NCBI GenBank assembly: GCA_004524725.1
Contig: SDNW01000002.1
Location: forward strand, 4,792-68,791
DNA from: Promethearchaeota archaeon
Lineage (GTDB): Archaea > Asgardarchaeota > Lokiarchaeia > Sigyniarchaeales > SOKP01
Length of the DNA: 64,000 nucleotides
Direction of reading: 5' to 3'
Below the pieces are notes generated by a model. It did not search any database, had not been told where the DNA came from, and saw only the letters and a list, made by a program, of their open reading frames with translations. This document shows, in pieces, positions 1 through 11,818 of the stretch (position 1 is its first letter; each line of letters starts with the position of its first letter). The position numbers were made by a program, and so were the translations under genes.

Positions 1-160
1 AAATATTAGTTAATGCTAGTTTAAGTGGTATACATCTAAATAAATACTTCTAATTAAATCTATTGTTTCATTGTCATAAATGTATTAATAATAAACTATC
101 TATAGCTTTAGAACTACAATATTTGATGTTGATATTAGCCAAAAAATTGATATTTATTAA

Positions 161-3283
<3,123 letters not shown>

Positions 3284-3294
3284 CGAGTATAATT

Positions 3295-4248
3295 CTATTT
3301 ATCTATATTTTGTATTGAAGCTTCATATTTACTAAGGATTATCGTAGATATCAGTACTATAACAATCGTAATAATGAAGAAAATATTATTTTTAAAATTT
3401 TGATTGAATACAAACAATCCAGCAATTATTGGTATAACAAACGTTATGGAATTTTGTATTGGAATAATGAAAACTGCTTTACTCCTCTGAAGTGAACTTT
3501 GGATAAAAATAACACTGGCAATATTAAAAACTGCTAAACCCCAGAAACCAATAAAAGCCCAAAAATGCATATATTCAAACCAAAAGATCCCAAAAAGTAT
3601 TTCCCAAAAGAATGGAATAAAAATATTCGAATCGACTAAAGCTTGAGCTAAAATATTGGTAAAAACTGCTCCTAGAGAGTAGAAAATCGCTCCAATAAAC
3701 ATGATAAAAATTCCTTCCAATCTAGTTCCTCTTTTCTTTTTTGAAAAGAAAAAACTTACCAGACTTAAACATAACATTATAACAAAGAATATTAAAAAAG
3801 GAACAACAAACCCATATAGATCGATAAAAGGGTCTGAAATCTGAGCTAAACCTATAAAAATGGGGACAGAAATCAAGAGAATAATGGGAATTACTTCAAA
3901 ATAAGTCACTTTTTCATTTAATATTTTTATTGCTGAAATAAAGAAAATTATCAGGCCTACGCTCATAATTGGTTGAACAACTACAATACCAACCATACCC
4001 ATTGCTATAGCATAAGGGATCATGCCAATAATTCCAAGAGCGGTTCCAATAAACCATGGTTTGTTTTTGCAGAGCTCTTTAAAGACTGTGATGAGACTCC
4101 TTACGCCTTCTTCTATTTTTATCTCCCTAGATTCCCTTAATCCTCTTTTTTGTAAAATAATGCCAAGATTAAAGCAAGCGGTAGCGACCAATGCGATAGT
4201 TATTCCAAAAATCGTGGTCACGATATCTACCATAATATTTTTACTCAA
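3295..4248 (-). CDS. Multi-pass membrane transporter, NIPA/DUF803-like (DMT superfamily, putative Mg2+ transporter)
   Basis: 317 aa with about 9 hydrophobic helices. The N-terminal pattern GITIALVATACFNLGIILQKRGL, followed by W..G...G...A and SAIKILNEK, resembles NIPA-family proteins from memory. Confidence 0.5.
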   Translation of the reverse strand: MSKNIMVDIVTTIFGITIALVATACFNLGIILQKRGLRESREIKIEEGVRSLITVFKELCKNKPWFIGTALGIIGMIPYAIAMGMVGIVVVQPIMSVGLIIFFISAIKILNEKVTYFEVIPIILLISVPIFIGLAQISDPFIDLYGFVVPFLIFFVIMLCLSLVSFFFSKKKRGTRLEGIFIMFIGAIFYSLGAVFTNILAQALVDSNIFIPFFWEILFGIFWFEYMHFWAFIGFWGLAVFNIASVIFIQSSLQRSKAVFIIPIQNSITFVIPIIAGLFVFNQNFKNNIFFIITIVIVLISTIILSKYEASIQNIDK

Positions 4249-4283
4249 AAATTTTTATATAATCGGCGAAGAATACTAATAAT

Positions 4284-5072
4284 ATGAAGAATAATAAGAT
4301 AAGGAATAATAGCAATATAAATAAAATGGAAGAAAAAAAAACCGTCGAGCTTCCGATATTTGATTTCTTTAAGATTAATATATTGAGCTTTATTATACCT
4401 CTATATCCATGCCTTGGAATATTTCTATTGTATCTTTTTCTTTTTGCTATCATTTTTCCTCTTGAACTTATCTTTCATTTATTCATCATTCCAAGTTTAA
4501 TTATTCTGCTATATTATATTTATCTCATTCTTCTCATAGAATTTACTGCTTTATGGGCGTCTCGATGGCATAAGCAATCACCTCCTAAACAAGGAGTTTT
4601 TCAAAGAGTAATAGATGACTTAAATAATGAAGAGGGAAAAATGATGAAGTATTACCATAAACGAGGTTTTATCATCAAATATCCAATGTGGCTAACTTCA
4701 AAATCTATGTTTCCTTGGCTTGTGAATCGAACTCTTCGAAGAATAGGCCGTAATAAGATTGCTTTTAATGTGATTTATTGTGATGCCTATGTCGGTTTAG
4801 AATTTACCGATTTGGGGGAAAACACTTTTGTTTATCCGACTTCAGCTCTGTCTAGTCATGCCGTTAATACTATTTTCGGTAAAATTACGATGCTTGAGAT
4901 TAAATTGGGTAAAAATACCACCCTATATCCTGGAGTTATCGCAGGACCCAATGCTGTGACCAAAGAAAACTATGTAATTTTCCCAAACACGGTTCTTCAT
5001 AAAAATTGGAGAGGAAAACCAGAAAAATTCTATTATCAAGGTAGCCCTGGGAGACCTATTGAGAGAAGATAA
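4284..5072 (+). CDS. Membrane protein with C-terminal hexapeptide-repeat (left-handed beta-helix)-like region
   Basis: 262 aa. Two or three N-terminal TM helices. The C-terminal region (VGLEFTDLGENTFVYPTSALSSHAV...ITMLEIKLGKNTTLYPGVIAGPNAV...VIFPNTVL) looks like imperfect hexapeptide repeats. Function unknown. Confidence 0.35.
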   Translation: MKNNKIRNNSNINKMEEKKTVELPIFDFFKINILSFIIPLYPCLGIFLLYLFLFAIIFPLELIFHLFIIPSLIILLYYIYLILLIEFTALWASRWHKQSPPKQGVFQRVIDDLNNEEGKMMKYYHKRGFIIKYPMWLTSKSMFPWLVNRTLRRIGRNKIAFNVIYCDAYVGLEFTDLGENTFVYPTSALSSHAVNTIFGKITMLEIKLGKNTTLYPGVIAGPNAVTKENYVIFPNTVLHKNWRGKPEKFYYQGSPGRPIERR

Positions 5073-5081
5073 TATTTATCT

Positions 5082-6596
5082 TTAATCTTTTGAACTTTTA
5101 GGATACTTGCCGTGCGTCTGCAAGAATTCTCGATAAGTATTCATTCTATCAATCACCATCCCCACAATATCAAAAGTTTCAAAAACCGGAACGTTACGAT
5201 TTAATAATCTTAACTTGAACTTGTATCGACTTTTATATTCTTCAAAACCTTCAGAAATTTTTAACATTACACAGTACATCGGTTTTTTGCAAATTCTTTT
5301 TGCTTTCCCTATATACTTAATAAAAGTTTTATTTAGATCGCTCCCCTCATCGAAACCAATCTGATTAATTATAGAACTCTGGAGATTGCCAAATCTTTCT
5401 GGATCCTTTACAAATACTATCGCAGAAATGTTAGGGTCCTTATCTAAGGTTAATATTGTACGATAATAGATATTAGGCAGTGCTCCTTGGGCACCAAGAT
5501 CTATTGGATTGTTGAAATTTGTATTTACATCATTGAGAAACCGTCCCATTTTTTGAATCGTTTTTTCTGATAATTGGGGGATCTTGATATTATAGTTTTC
5601 TAAAATATCTCCCGCCTCAATGGTGGAACCCCCTCCTATGCCAATAAGCCCTATATTCCGAGAAGTCGGAAGATTTGTTAGCTTAAACGCACTTCCTAAA
5701 GCAGCTAATTCTGTAGAATTTCTTACAAGCAAACACCCTGTTTGTTTCGCAACGGCTTCCCAAATTTTATTATTCCCTGCAAGACCCCCTGTATGCGACA
5801 TTATAGCTTTTTTTGTTGTTTCCCCATATCCTGCACGCCACAATATAATGGGTTTGCGATTTAGACTACAAGCCTTGGCGGCTTCCATGAATCTTTTTCC
5901 ATTTTCTCTAGTTTTTAAGTTTTCAAGATACAGTCCGATGATTGCTGTTTTATTATCATGCAAAAAATACTCCAAAAAATCGGGATGGGAAAGATCTATG
6001 GCATTTCCGATAGAGACCATTTTTGACACTTCAATTCCATAAGCTACTGCCAATTGTGCCACATTAACTGCTAATCCTCCTGATTGAAGGACTGCTCCGA
6101 AATTTCCTGCTTTTCTAGACTGTCCTCTTCCAATGTAAAGACCAACTTCAGGATTATAGACGCCAAGGCAATTTGGGCCGATAATGCGAATATTATACTT
6201 CTTTGCAATAGCAAGCACTTCATTTTCTAAATCAACATTACCCACTTCACTAAATCCTGACGCGAAGATGGTTACAAACGGCACTTTTTTTTGCCCAATT
6301 TCTCTTAAAACTCCAGGAACAACCTTAGCTGGAACGCCTATAATTGCATAATCGATGGGTTTTTCATCTGGGATCTCTAAAACCGAGTTATAAACCTTAT
6401 ACCCATATAAATCCTCGCCCGCTAATCGAGGATTAAAAAGATACATCGGATTACGAAATCTTCCGCGCATAATATCTACAAAATAACCCCCTCCCGCAGG
6501 ATTATAGGAGGCTCCAATAATGCCTATTGCTCTTGGATAAAATAATTTTTCGAATTTTTGGACAATAGAATTAGTTCCAGTTGTCATTAGTCTCAA
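5082..6596 (-). CDS. ADP-forming acyl-CoA synthetase, alpha-type subunit (CoA-binding + CoA-ligase domains)
   Basis: 504 aa. CoA-binding N-terminus (PRAIGIIGASYNP), GPNCLGVYNP, and the catalytic His loop MSHTGGLAG typical of the NDP-forming acetyl-CoA synthetase / succinyl-CoA synthetase alpha fold. No ATP-grasp beta subunit is adjacent. Confidence 0.75.
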   Translation of the reverse strand: MRLMTTGTNSIVQKFEKLFYPRAIGIIGASYNPAGGGYFVDIMRGRFRNPMYLFNPRLAGEDLYGYKVYNSVLEIPDEKPIDYAIIGVPAKVVPGVLREIGQKKVPFVTIFASGFSEVGNVDLENEVLAIAKKYNIRIIGPNCLGVYNPEVGLYIGRGQSRKAGNFGAVLQSGGLAVNVAQLAVAYGIEVSKMVSIGNAIDLSHPDFLEYFLHDNKTAIIGLYLENLKTRENGKRFMEAAKACSLNRKPIILWRAGYGETTKKAIMSHTGGLAGNNKIWEAVAKQTGCLLVRNSTELAALGSAFKLTNLPTSRNIGLIGIGGGSTIEAGDILENYNIKIPQLSEKTIQKMGRFLNDVNTNFNNPIDLGAQGALPNIYYRTILTLDKDPNISAIVFVKDPERFGNLQSSIINQIGFDEGSDLNKTFIKYIGKAKRICKKPMYCVMLKISEGFEEYKSRYKFKLRLLNRNVPVFETFDIVGMVIDRMNTYREFLQTHGKYPKSSKD

Positions 6597-6677
6597 TAGA
6601 TCATCTATATATGATTAAAAGGATTAAATGAAATAGTGTTCTTTGCCTAAAATATTTTGTTAAATATTGAATTTCAA

Positions 6678-7409
6678 TTAACGAGCTAATAAGCTTTTAA
6701 GTAAAGGAATATCATCAGTAATTATTCCATCCACACCAATATCAATCATGGACTGAATATCCTCTTTCTCATTTACTGTCCAAGGGAAGACTTTCAAATC
6801 CTTTTGATGGGCATAAGTAACAAATTCATTATCAACTAAATGATATTCTGGATTAATCGCATAAAATTTATTTGCTAAAACATCATCGATTAGTTTTTTA
6901 CGAATTTTCCAACTAGGAAAATTGTTCTCCTCAAAATGTAGGTTTACAAGAGCAGCTAATTTTAAATGAGGTTCTAGTAGTCGATATTTAAAAAGAAATT
7001 TATGGATCATACATGAGACAATGGTTTTTTCGACATATTGATATTCGCGAAGAAGATTAACAATTTGTTTCTCTATATTTGATGCATTAATATGAAGCAA
7101 TAAGTTAATTCTATTATCTGTGAGTTCGAGAACCTCGCGAAATGTAGGAATTTTCTCTCCACCTCCAATATCTAAATTTTTAAGCTCTTGCAGAGTCTTA
7201 TTTTTAACTAATCCAGGCGTTCCTGTGGAGCTTAATGTATCTGGATCATGGATAATTACTATCTGATTGTCTTTAGAAATTCGAACATCAAACTCGATGA
7301 ATTCAGCTTTAAGGTCTATGGCTTTCTTGAAAGCTTTTAAAGAATTTTCTGGACCTGTTTTCTTTCCACCCGCATGTCCAACAATTAAAATTTTATTTTT
7401 ATAATTCAT
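6678..7409 (-). CDS. Glycerophosphodiester phosphodiesterase (GDPD family), paralog 1
   Basis: 243 aa. GHAGG..GPENSLKAFKKA...AEFIEFDVRISKDNQIVIIHD matches the GDPD HR(G)..ENT..AF / E.D / HD pattern. C-terminal GVDGIITD. Confidence 0.85.
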   Translation of the reverse strand: MNYKNKILIVGHAGGKKTGPENSLKAFKKAIDLKAEFIEFDVRISKDNQIVIIHDPDTLSSTGTPGLVKNKTLQELKNLDIGGGEKIPTFREVLELTDNRINLLLHINASNIEKQIVNLLREYQYVEKTIVSCMIHKFLFKYRLLEPHLKLAALVNLHFEENNFPSWKIRKKLIDDVLANKFYAINPEYHLVDNEFVTYAHQKDLKVFPWTVNEKEDIQSMIDIGVDGIITDDIPLLKSLLAR

Positions 7410-7485
7410 TATAATAATTCATTGTATTTTCTTTACAATCAGGGAAGATATTCTAAACTATTTATTTCAATTACCATTTCAAATA

Positions 7486-8214
7486 TTAAATTAGATTTAA
7501 AACTTCTTTAAGCCGAGAAATATCATTAGTTATAATACCATCAACACCTTTAGCTATTAATTTCTTCATTGCTATACCAGAATCCACTGTCCAAGGAAAT
7601 ACTTTAATTTTTTTTTTATGCGCATATTCAATGAATTTTTTATCAGCTAATTTAAACAATGGATTTATTGCATAAAATCTGTTTTGATAAGTATAATCTA
7701 TTAAACTTTTTTTGAACTCCCATTCGGAAAATAGCCCAGGTCCTACGGGTACCAATGTTGCTAATCTTATTGTAGAATTTATTTTCTGTATTTTAATTAA
7801 TTCGTCATGTAAAAATGAACTTATTAATACGGATTCTAAAATATCATAATCTTGAAAAAGCTCGACCACCTTCTTCGTAATTCCTTCTACTTTAATTTCA
7901 CAGTTAAGAGCGATTTTTTCTTTCGCTAACTCAATCAATTCAGAGAGAGTTGGAATAGTTTCACCATTGCCAAAATCTAGTTTTTTTAACTCATCAAGGG
8001 TCATCTCTTCTACATAGCCCTCCATTCCAGTAATTCTTTGTATGTTGGAGTCATGGATAATTACCAGTTCGCCATCTACAGTCTGTTGAACATCAAATTC
8101 TATAGAATCCGCTCCTAACCGAATTGCTTCTCTAAATGCCTTCAATGTGTTTTCAGGGGCAATTTTACTCGCACCTCGGTGACCTATTATAATAACTTTA
8201 TTTTCCGAGTCCAT
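7486..8214 (-). CDS. Glycerophosphodiester phosphodiesterase (GDPD family), paralog 2
   Basis: 242 aa. IIGHRGASKIAPENTLKAFREAIRLGADSIEFDVQQTVDGELVIIHD and GVDGIITND. Clearly paralogous and collinear with 6678..7409. Confidence 0.85.
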   Translation of the reverse strand: MDSENKVIIIGHRGASKIAPENTLKAFREAIRLGADSIEFDVQQTVDGELVIIHDSNIQRITGMEGYVEEMTLDELKKLDFGNGETIPTLSELIELAKEKIALNCEIKVEGITKKVVELFQDYDILESVLISSFLHDELIKIQKINSTIRLATLVPVGPGLFSEWEFKKSLIDYTYQNRFYAINPLFKLADKKFIEYAHKKKIKVFPWTVDSGIAMKKLIAKGVDGIITNDISRLKEVLNLI

Positions 8215-8352
8215 AATGATATTATCTTGTAAAGAAATTAATTATCATATTAATAGATAACACTTAAAAATCATTTTAAGTGTTAGAAGCTAATTGATAC
8301 GAAAAAATGCGATAAATTTAAATATAAAATAAGTTGAAAGAAATATGAATCC

Positions 8353-9096
8353 ATGTCTTTACAAAAAAGTGAAAATTTTGTCATTTTCAATCAGGAAGAA
8401 TATACTATCCGAAATGGAGCTTTGTACTTAAATAATAAAAACGTTAAAGATATAACCGAAATCCAAGGCTTAGAAAGCGCATCAAACTTACGTGTTTTAG
8501 AGTTATCTTATAACAAAATTGACGAGATTAAAGGATTGGAGAACCTTCCAAACTTAGAAATCCTTTGTCTAAATAATAATCAGATTTCTACAATGAAAGG
8601 ACTTGAGTCTTTAATAAATTTGAGAGTTTTATGGTTAAAAGAAAATAATATTTCAAAAATTGATTGTTTAGAGAATCTTCAAAATTTAGAAGAACTTTGG
8701 CTTAAAAAGAATAATATTAGTGAAATATCTAACTTAAATAACCAGATAAGACTAAAGTTTCTCTGTTTATGCCAAAATTCTATTTCCGAAATTAAAGGTT
8801 TAGATTCATTATATCATCTTAAGAGTTTAGATCTTACTAACAATAAAATAAAAAACTTACAAAATCTTAACCATCTTAGTGATTTAGAATATTTAGATTT
8901 AAGCTATAATCAAATAAATGATCTTCGACAATTAAAAAACCTTTCAAACTTAACTTATTTTGGATGCGAACATAATAAAATTTCTAAAATTGAGGATTTG
9001 AGTTGTTTAGAGAATATCAATATCATATGTTTAGAAGGAAACCCGATAAAATTAACGAAATTAAGGGAGCGGTATACTGAATTATCTCAATCATAA
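8353..9096 (+). CDS. Leucine-rich repeat protein (nine 22-residue SDS22-like LRRs)
   Basis: 247 aa. Nine consecutive 22-aa units of the form I.eI.gLe.l.nLe.L.L..N. Confidence 0.85.
   Translation: MSLQKSENFVIFNQEEYTIRNGALYLNNKNVKDITEIQGLESASNLRVLELSYNKIDEIKGLENLPNLEILCLNNNQISTMKGLESLINLRVLWLKENNISKIDCLENLQNLEELWLKKNNISEISNLNNQIRLKFLCLCQNSISEIKGLDSLYHLKSLDLTNNKIKNLQNLNHLSDLEYLDLSYNQINDLRQLKNLSNLTYFGCEHNKISKIEDLSCLENINIICLEGNPIKLTKLRERYTELSQS
8452..9048 (+). repeat. Coding tandem repeat: 9 x 66-nt LRR units
   Basis: Repeat units were read directly from the translation (ITEIQGLESASNLRVLELSYNK / IDEIKGLENLPNLEILCLNNNQ / ... / ISKIEDLSCLENINIICLEGNP). Confidence 0.8.
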
Positions 9097-9516
9097 AAGA
9101 AACGGCTGATTATAAAGATTTATTCGATTTTTTTTGATAATTCTTTTGGAGAATACCACGATTGAACTCAAAACTTCTAGAGTCAATTCTTCTTATATAT
9201 CATTATAACTCTTATTCTATATATTTGAATTATGAGTGATGACAAGTTCACGATCCTTAGATTGAAATAAATCAAATTCAATATAAGAAAGTAGAGGGGC
9301 TGCTGCGTAAAAGGTAATAGGTTATATTAAATAAGCAGAACTTTATCAACACATAAATAAAGAATTCGAAAAATTTAAATATGTAAATGATGACCAATCT
9401 TATGGTTTAAGGTATTTTTTGAGTAAATTTATAAGTGTTTAATATTTTTTATATATTCTAATACAAATAATTGAACAAAATAGTACACACTCACAAACAT
9501 TAGGTGATATTAACGG

Positions 9517-9765
9517 ATGCGTTTCTGTCCGAATTGTGATAACATATTGATCCCTAAGAATAAAAAGCTTTACTGTAAAGCTTGTGATATAGAATTTGAG
9601 TTAGATAAAGGAGAGAATTACAAACTAGTAAAAACCATAAAACATGATGAAAAAGAAACCGCTCCTATCGTGGTAAAAGAAGGATTACGAGGAGAGAGAA
9701 TTTCTGATCAGGATCGAAAAGCATACGAAGAATTCTTTGATTTATCTGAAGCAGATGGCTATTGA
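9517..9765 (+). CDS. Small zinc-ribbon protein resembling the N-terminal Zn-ribbon of RpoM/TFS/Rpb9
   Basis: 82 aa. MRFCPNCDNILIPKNKKLYCKACD is the classic N-terminal ribbon of the TFS/RpoM family. There is no second C-terminal ribbon; the tail is acidic. Confidence 0.5.
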   Translation: MRFCPNCDNILIPKNKKLYCKACDIEFELDKGENYKLVKTIKHDEKETAPIVVKEGLRGERISDQDRKAYEEFFDLSEADGY

Positions 9766-9914
9766 AATTAGAAATGGATATCATATACTTACGTATTAGA
9801 CAACTATTTCTTCCCAAGTATTTTAATTATCGCAATTTCGAAAAATTAAAACTTTAAATCATATAATAATTAATTAAATTTCATATATAGTAAAATAGTT
9901 AAAAGAGGATTTAT

Positions 9915-10313
9915 ATGACTGAGGAAAATAAGAAAAAACTAAGAGGTTTTGCTGGGATTGTCGCAAAACAAGTTGAACCGCTCAATGATATTGAGAAGTT
10001 TAAAGAGGATTTTAAGGATAGAGAATTAAAGATTCTATTGAACGCAAAAGATGGAAAATGGGCTGCTTTATTGATTATAGACCACGGAAAAGTTTACGTT
10101 GAGGGTTTAAAAAATAAGCCAAAGGAGAATATCAAGAAGAAAAATGCGGGGTGGGATGGACTCCTTGAAACAAAAACAGAAACGTTTGTAGAGCTTCTTA
10201 CGGGAGATTCAGTTTCAATGGGAAGCATTATCGCTAAAATTTTGACTTTCCGTCTTAAAATTAGGGGAATCAAAAACGTACTCGTGCTTTTGGACTTATT
10301 TAAGTATGACTAG
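9915..10313 (+). CDS. SCP2 (sterol carrier protein 2)-like lipid-binding domain protein
   Basis: 132 aa. The pattern ...KILLNAKDGKWAALLIIDHGKVYVEG...ETFVELLTGDSVSMGSIIAKILTFRLKIRGIKNVLVLLDLFK resembles the SCP2 fold consensus (G.l.p..a...gklki.Gd....l..lf). Confidence 0.5.
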   Translation: MTEENKKKLRGFAGIVAKQVEPLNDIEKFKEDFKDRELKILLNAKDGKWAALLIIDHGKVYVEGLKNKPKENIKKKNAGWDGLLETKTETFVELLTGDSVSMGSIIAKILTFRLKIRGIKNVLVLLDLFKYD

Positions 10314-10352
10314 TTCAATCACGCAGTCTATTTATACGTTCTTTTAAAATTT

Positions 10353-10781
10353 TTATTTATCTAATTCAAAGACAGAGACTAAAGGGAGGAGTTTATCTTT
10401 TAATTTATCAGGATCTACATCTTTAACATCCTGAAGGATCGCTGCTTTGTCTTGATCAGAGATTTCATGGAACCTATCAAGAAACAACTTAATATAGATT
10501 ATCTTTATTGAGGGATTTGTTTTAATATTTGATATAAGGTTATTAATGATATTCATAATTGTTTGTGGTTCACTTTCTTTTTCAGTTGTTTTTATTTTTT
10601 CTTCTGTATAGCCCATTTTTTGAAGGGGAACATTATTATCAAGAACGTCCTTTACAATCTCTTCTAGGAGATCTAATCTTGGTGAGACTGCCATTTCTGC
10701 AAGTAGATTATGGATTTCTTTTCTTTTTTCTTCCAGATCGCTTAGTAATGAAAGAGTTTTATTGATTTCTTCTGGTTTCAT
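10353..10781 (-). CDS. Hypothetical acidic helical protein
   Basis: 142-aa ORF in an otherwise uncovered interval, with coding-like composition. No recognisable motif. Confidence 0.4.
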   Translation of the reverse strand: MKPEEINKTLSLLSDLEEKRKEIHNLLAEMAVSPRLDLLEEIVKDVLDNNVPLQKMGYTEEKIKTTEKESEPQTIMNIINNLISNIKTNPSIKIIYIKLFLDRFHEISDQDKAAILQDVKDVDPDKLKDKLLPLVSVFELDK

Positions 10782-10841
10782 ATACTAGATATGGCTAGTA
10801 TAAATTTTTAAATTTTTCCAAAAATAATATATTGCGTAGAT

Positions 10842-11573
10842 ATGAAGTTAAGAGAAGAAATTAAATTAAATACTTTTCAAAAGTATATCGGTTACAACTT
10901 TAAAAATCTCTCGTTGTTACAACAAGCTTTAACTACTCCACAACTAGGAAATGAGATTAATGTGCCTCATTATGAAATTTTAGAGACGTTGGGAGATGCT
11001 GTTATTAAACTAATATTTAGCTTTAAACTCTATAAAGAATTAGGAATAAACTCTCCTGGGAAACTAACGAAAATTAAACAGTGTTTAGAAAATAATCAGA
11101 CTTTCATTAAAATTGCTACAGAAATGGAACTTTGGAAGTATATTTATGCTTCAAAAAATCAAAATGTAAAAAAGTCATCGATTCTTTCTGATGTATTCGA
11201 AGCTGTATGTGGTGCGCTCTATATTGATGCGAATGAAGATATAATGGTTGTAAAAACAAAAATCATCGAAAAATTTTTTAAAGATTGGGATAAAATCATT
11301 GCAGATTGTTCAAATTTTTCTAAAAACGAGTTATTGGAGTTTTTGCAAAAGAAGTATAAAATTACTCCCATAATTGAATATCAGTACTTCGCAAAAGGAG
11401 CTCAGCATGAAATCCATTGGATTGCAAAAAAGCCCCGAATTCTCGATCAGAATGGAAAAATTCTTCTAAAGTTGCCTAAAAACCTTAAATCGAATCCACG
11501 TAAAACAAAGAAAGAAGCAGAAAAAGAATTAAGCGAAATTATTATTAATTTTCTTATTAGAAAGGGGAAATAA
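10842..11573 (+). CDS. rnc: Ribonuclease III (class 1, catalytic domain + C-terminal dsRBD-like region)
   Basis: 243 aa. RNase III signature ETLGDAVIKL (consensus E.LGD..L) and a second acidic motif SDVFEAVCGALYID. Confidence 0.8.
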   Translation: MKLREEIKLNTFQKYIGYNFKNLSLLQQALTTPQLGNEINVPHYEILETLGDAVIKLIFSFKLYKELGINSPGKLTKIKQCLENNQTFIKIATEMELWKYIYASKNQNVKKSSILSDVFEAVCGALYIDANEDIMVVKTKIIEKFFKDWDKIIADCSNFSKNELLEFLQKKYKITPIIEYQYFAKGAQHEIHWIAKKPRILDQNGKILLKLPKNLKSNPRKTKKEAEKELSEIIINFLIRKGK

Positions 11574-11818
11574 CTAGCGAAATTTTGTTATTCGATGCTT
11601 TTAGGTTTTTATTGGTATATAAATGGAAGTTTATTAAATATATGCGGAATAGAAAGATATTCTAGTAAATTAGAACCTTAATATTTATTAAATTATACAA
11701 ATTTTGTTTATCCTAAGAATATACATAAAACATTATAGCAATATTTGCTTAATTTTTAATAATTATTTGATGTAAGTAAAAATTTTATCACCATATTTCA
11801 ATTTACTGTGAATAGATT

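Noticed and set aside
4022-4453. ORFs 4022..4279 (+) and 4241..4453 (-)
   Set aside because: They overlap the better-supported membrane-protein genes 3295..4248 and 4284..5072 in antisense. Their composition is low-complexity.
5620-6042. 140-aa plus-strand ORF inside the acyl-CoA synthetase gene
   Set aside because: It is antisense to a gene with conserved catalytic motifs. It has Pro/Ser/Ala-rich mirror-frame composition and no motif.
9233-9440. Possible C/D-box sRNAs: GTGATGA at about 9236 and AATGATGA at about 9390 in the 420-nt spacer upstream of 9517. A similar ATGATGA lies near 39400.
   Set aside because: No matching D box (CTGA) or terminal stem lies at a suitable distance. ATGATGA-like strings are expected by chance in an AT-rich spacer.
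10559-10765. 68-aa plus-strand ORF antisense to 10353..10781
   Set aside because: Its Phe/Leu-rich translation is the mirror of a Lys/Glu-rich gene. The minus-strand ORF is longer and more protein-like, although it is itself only a hypothetical protein.
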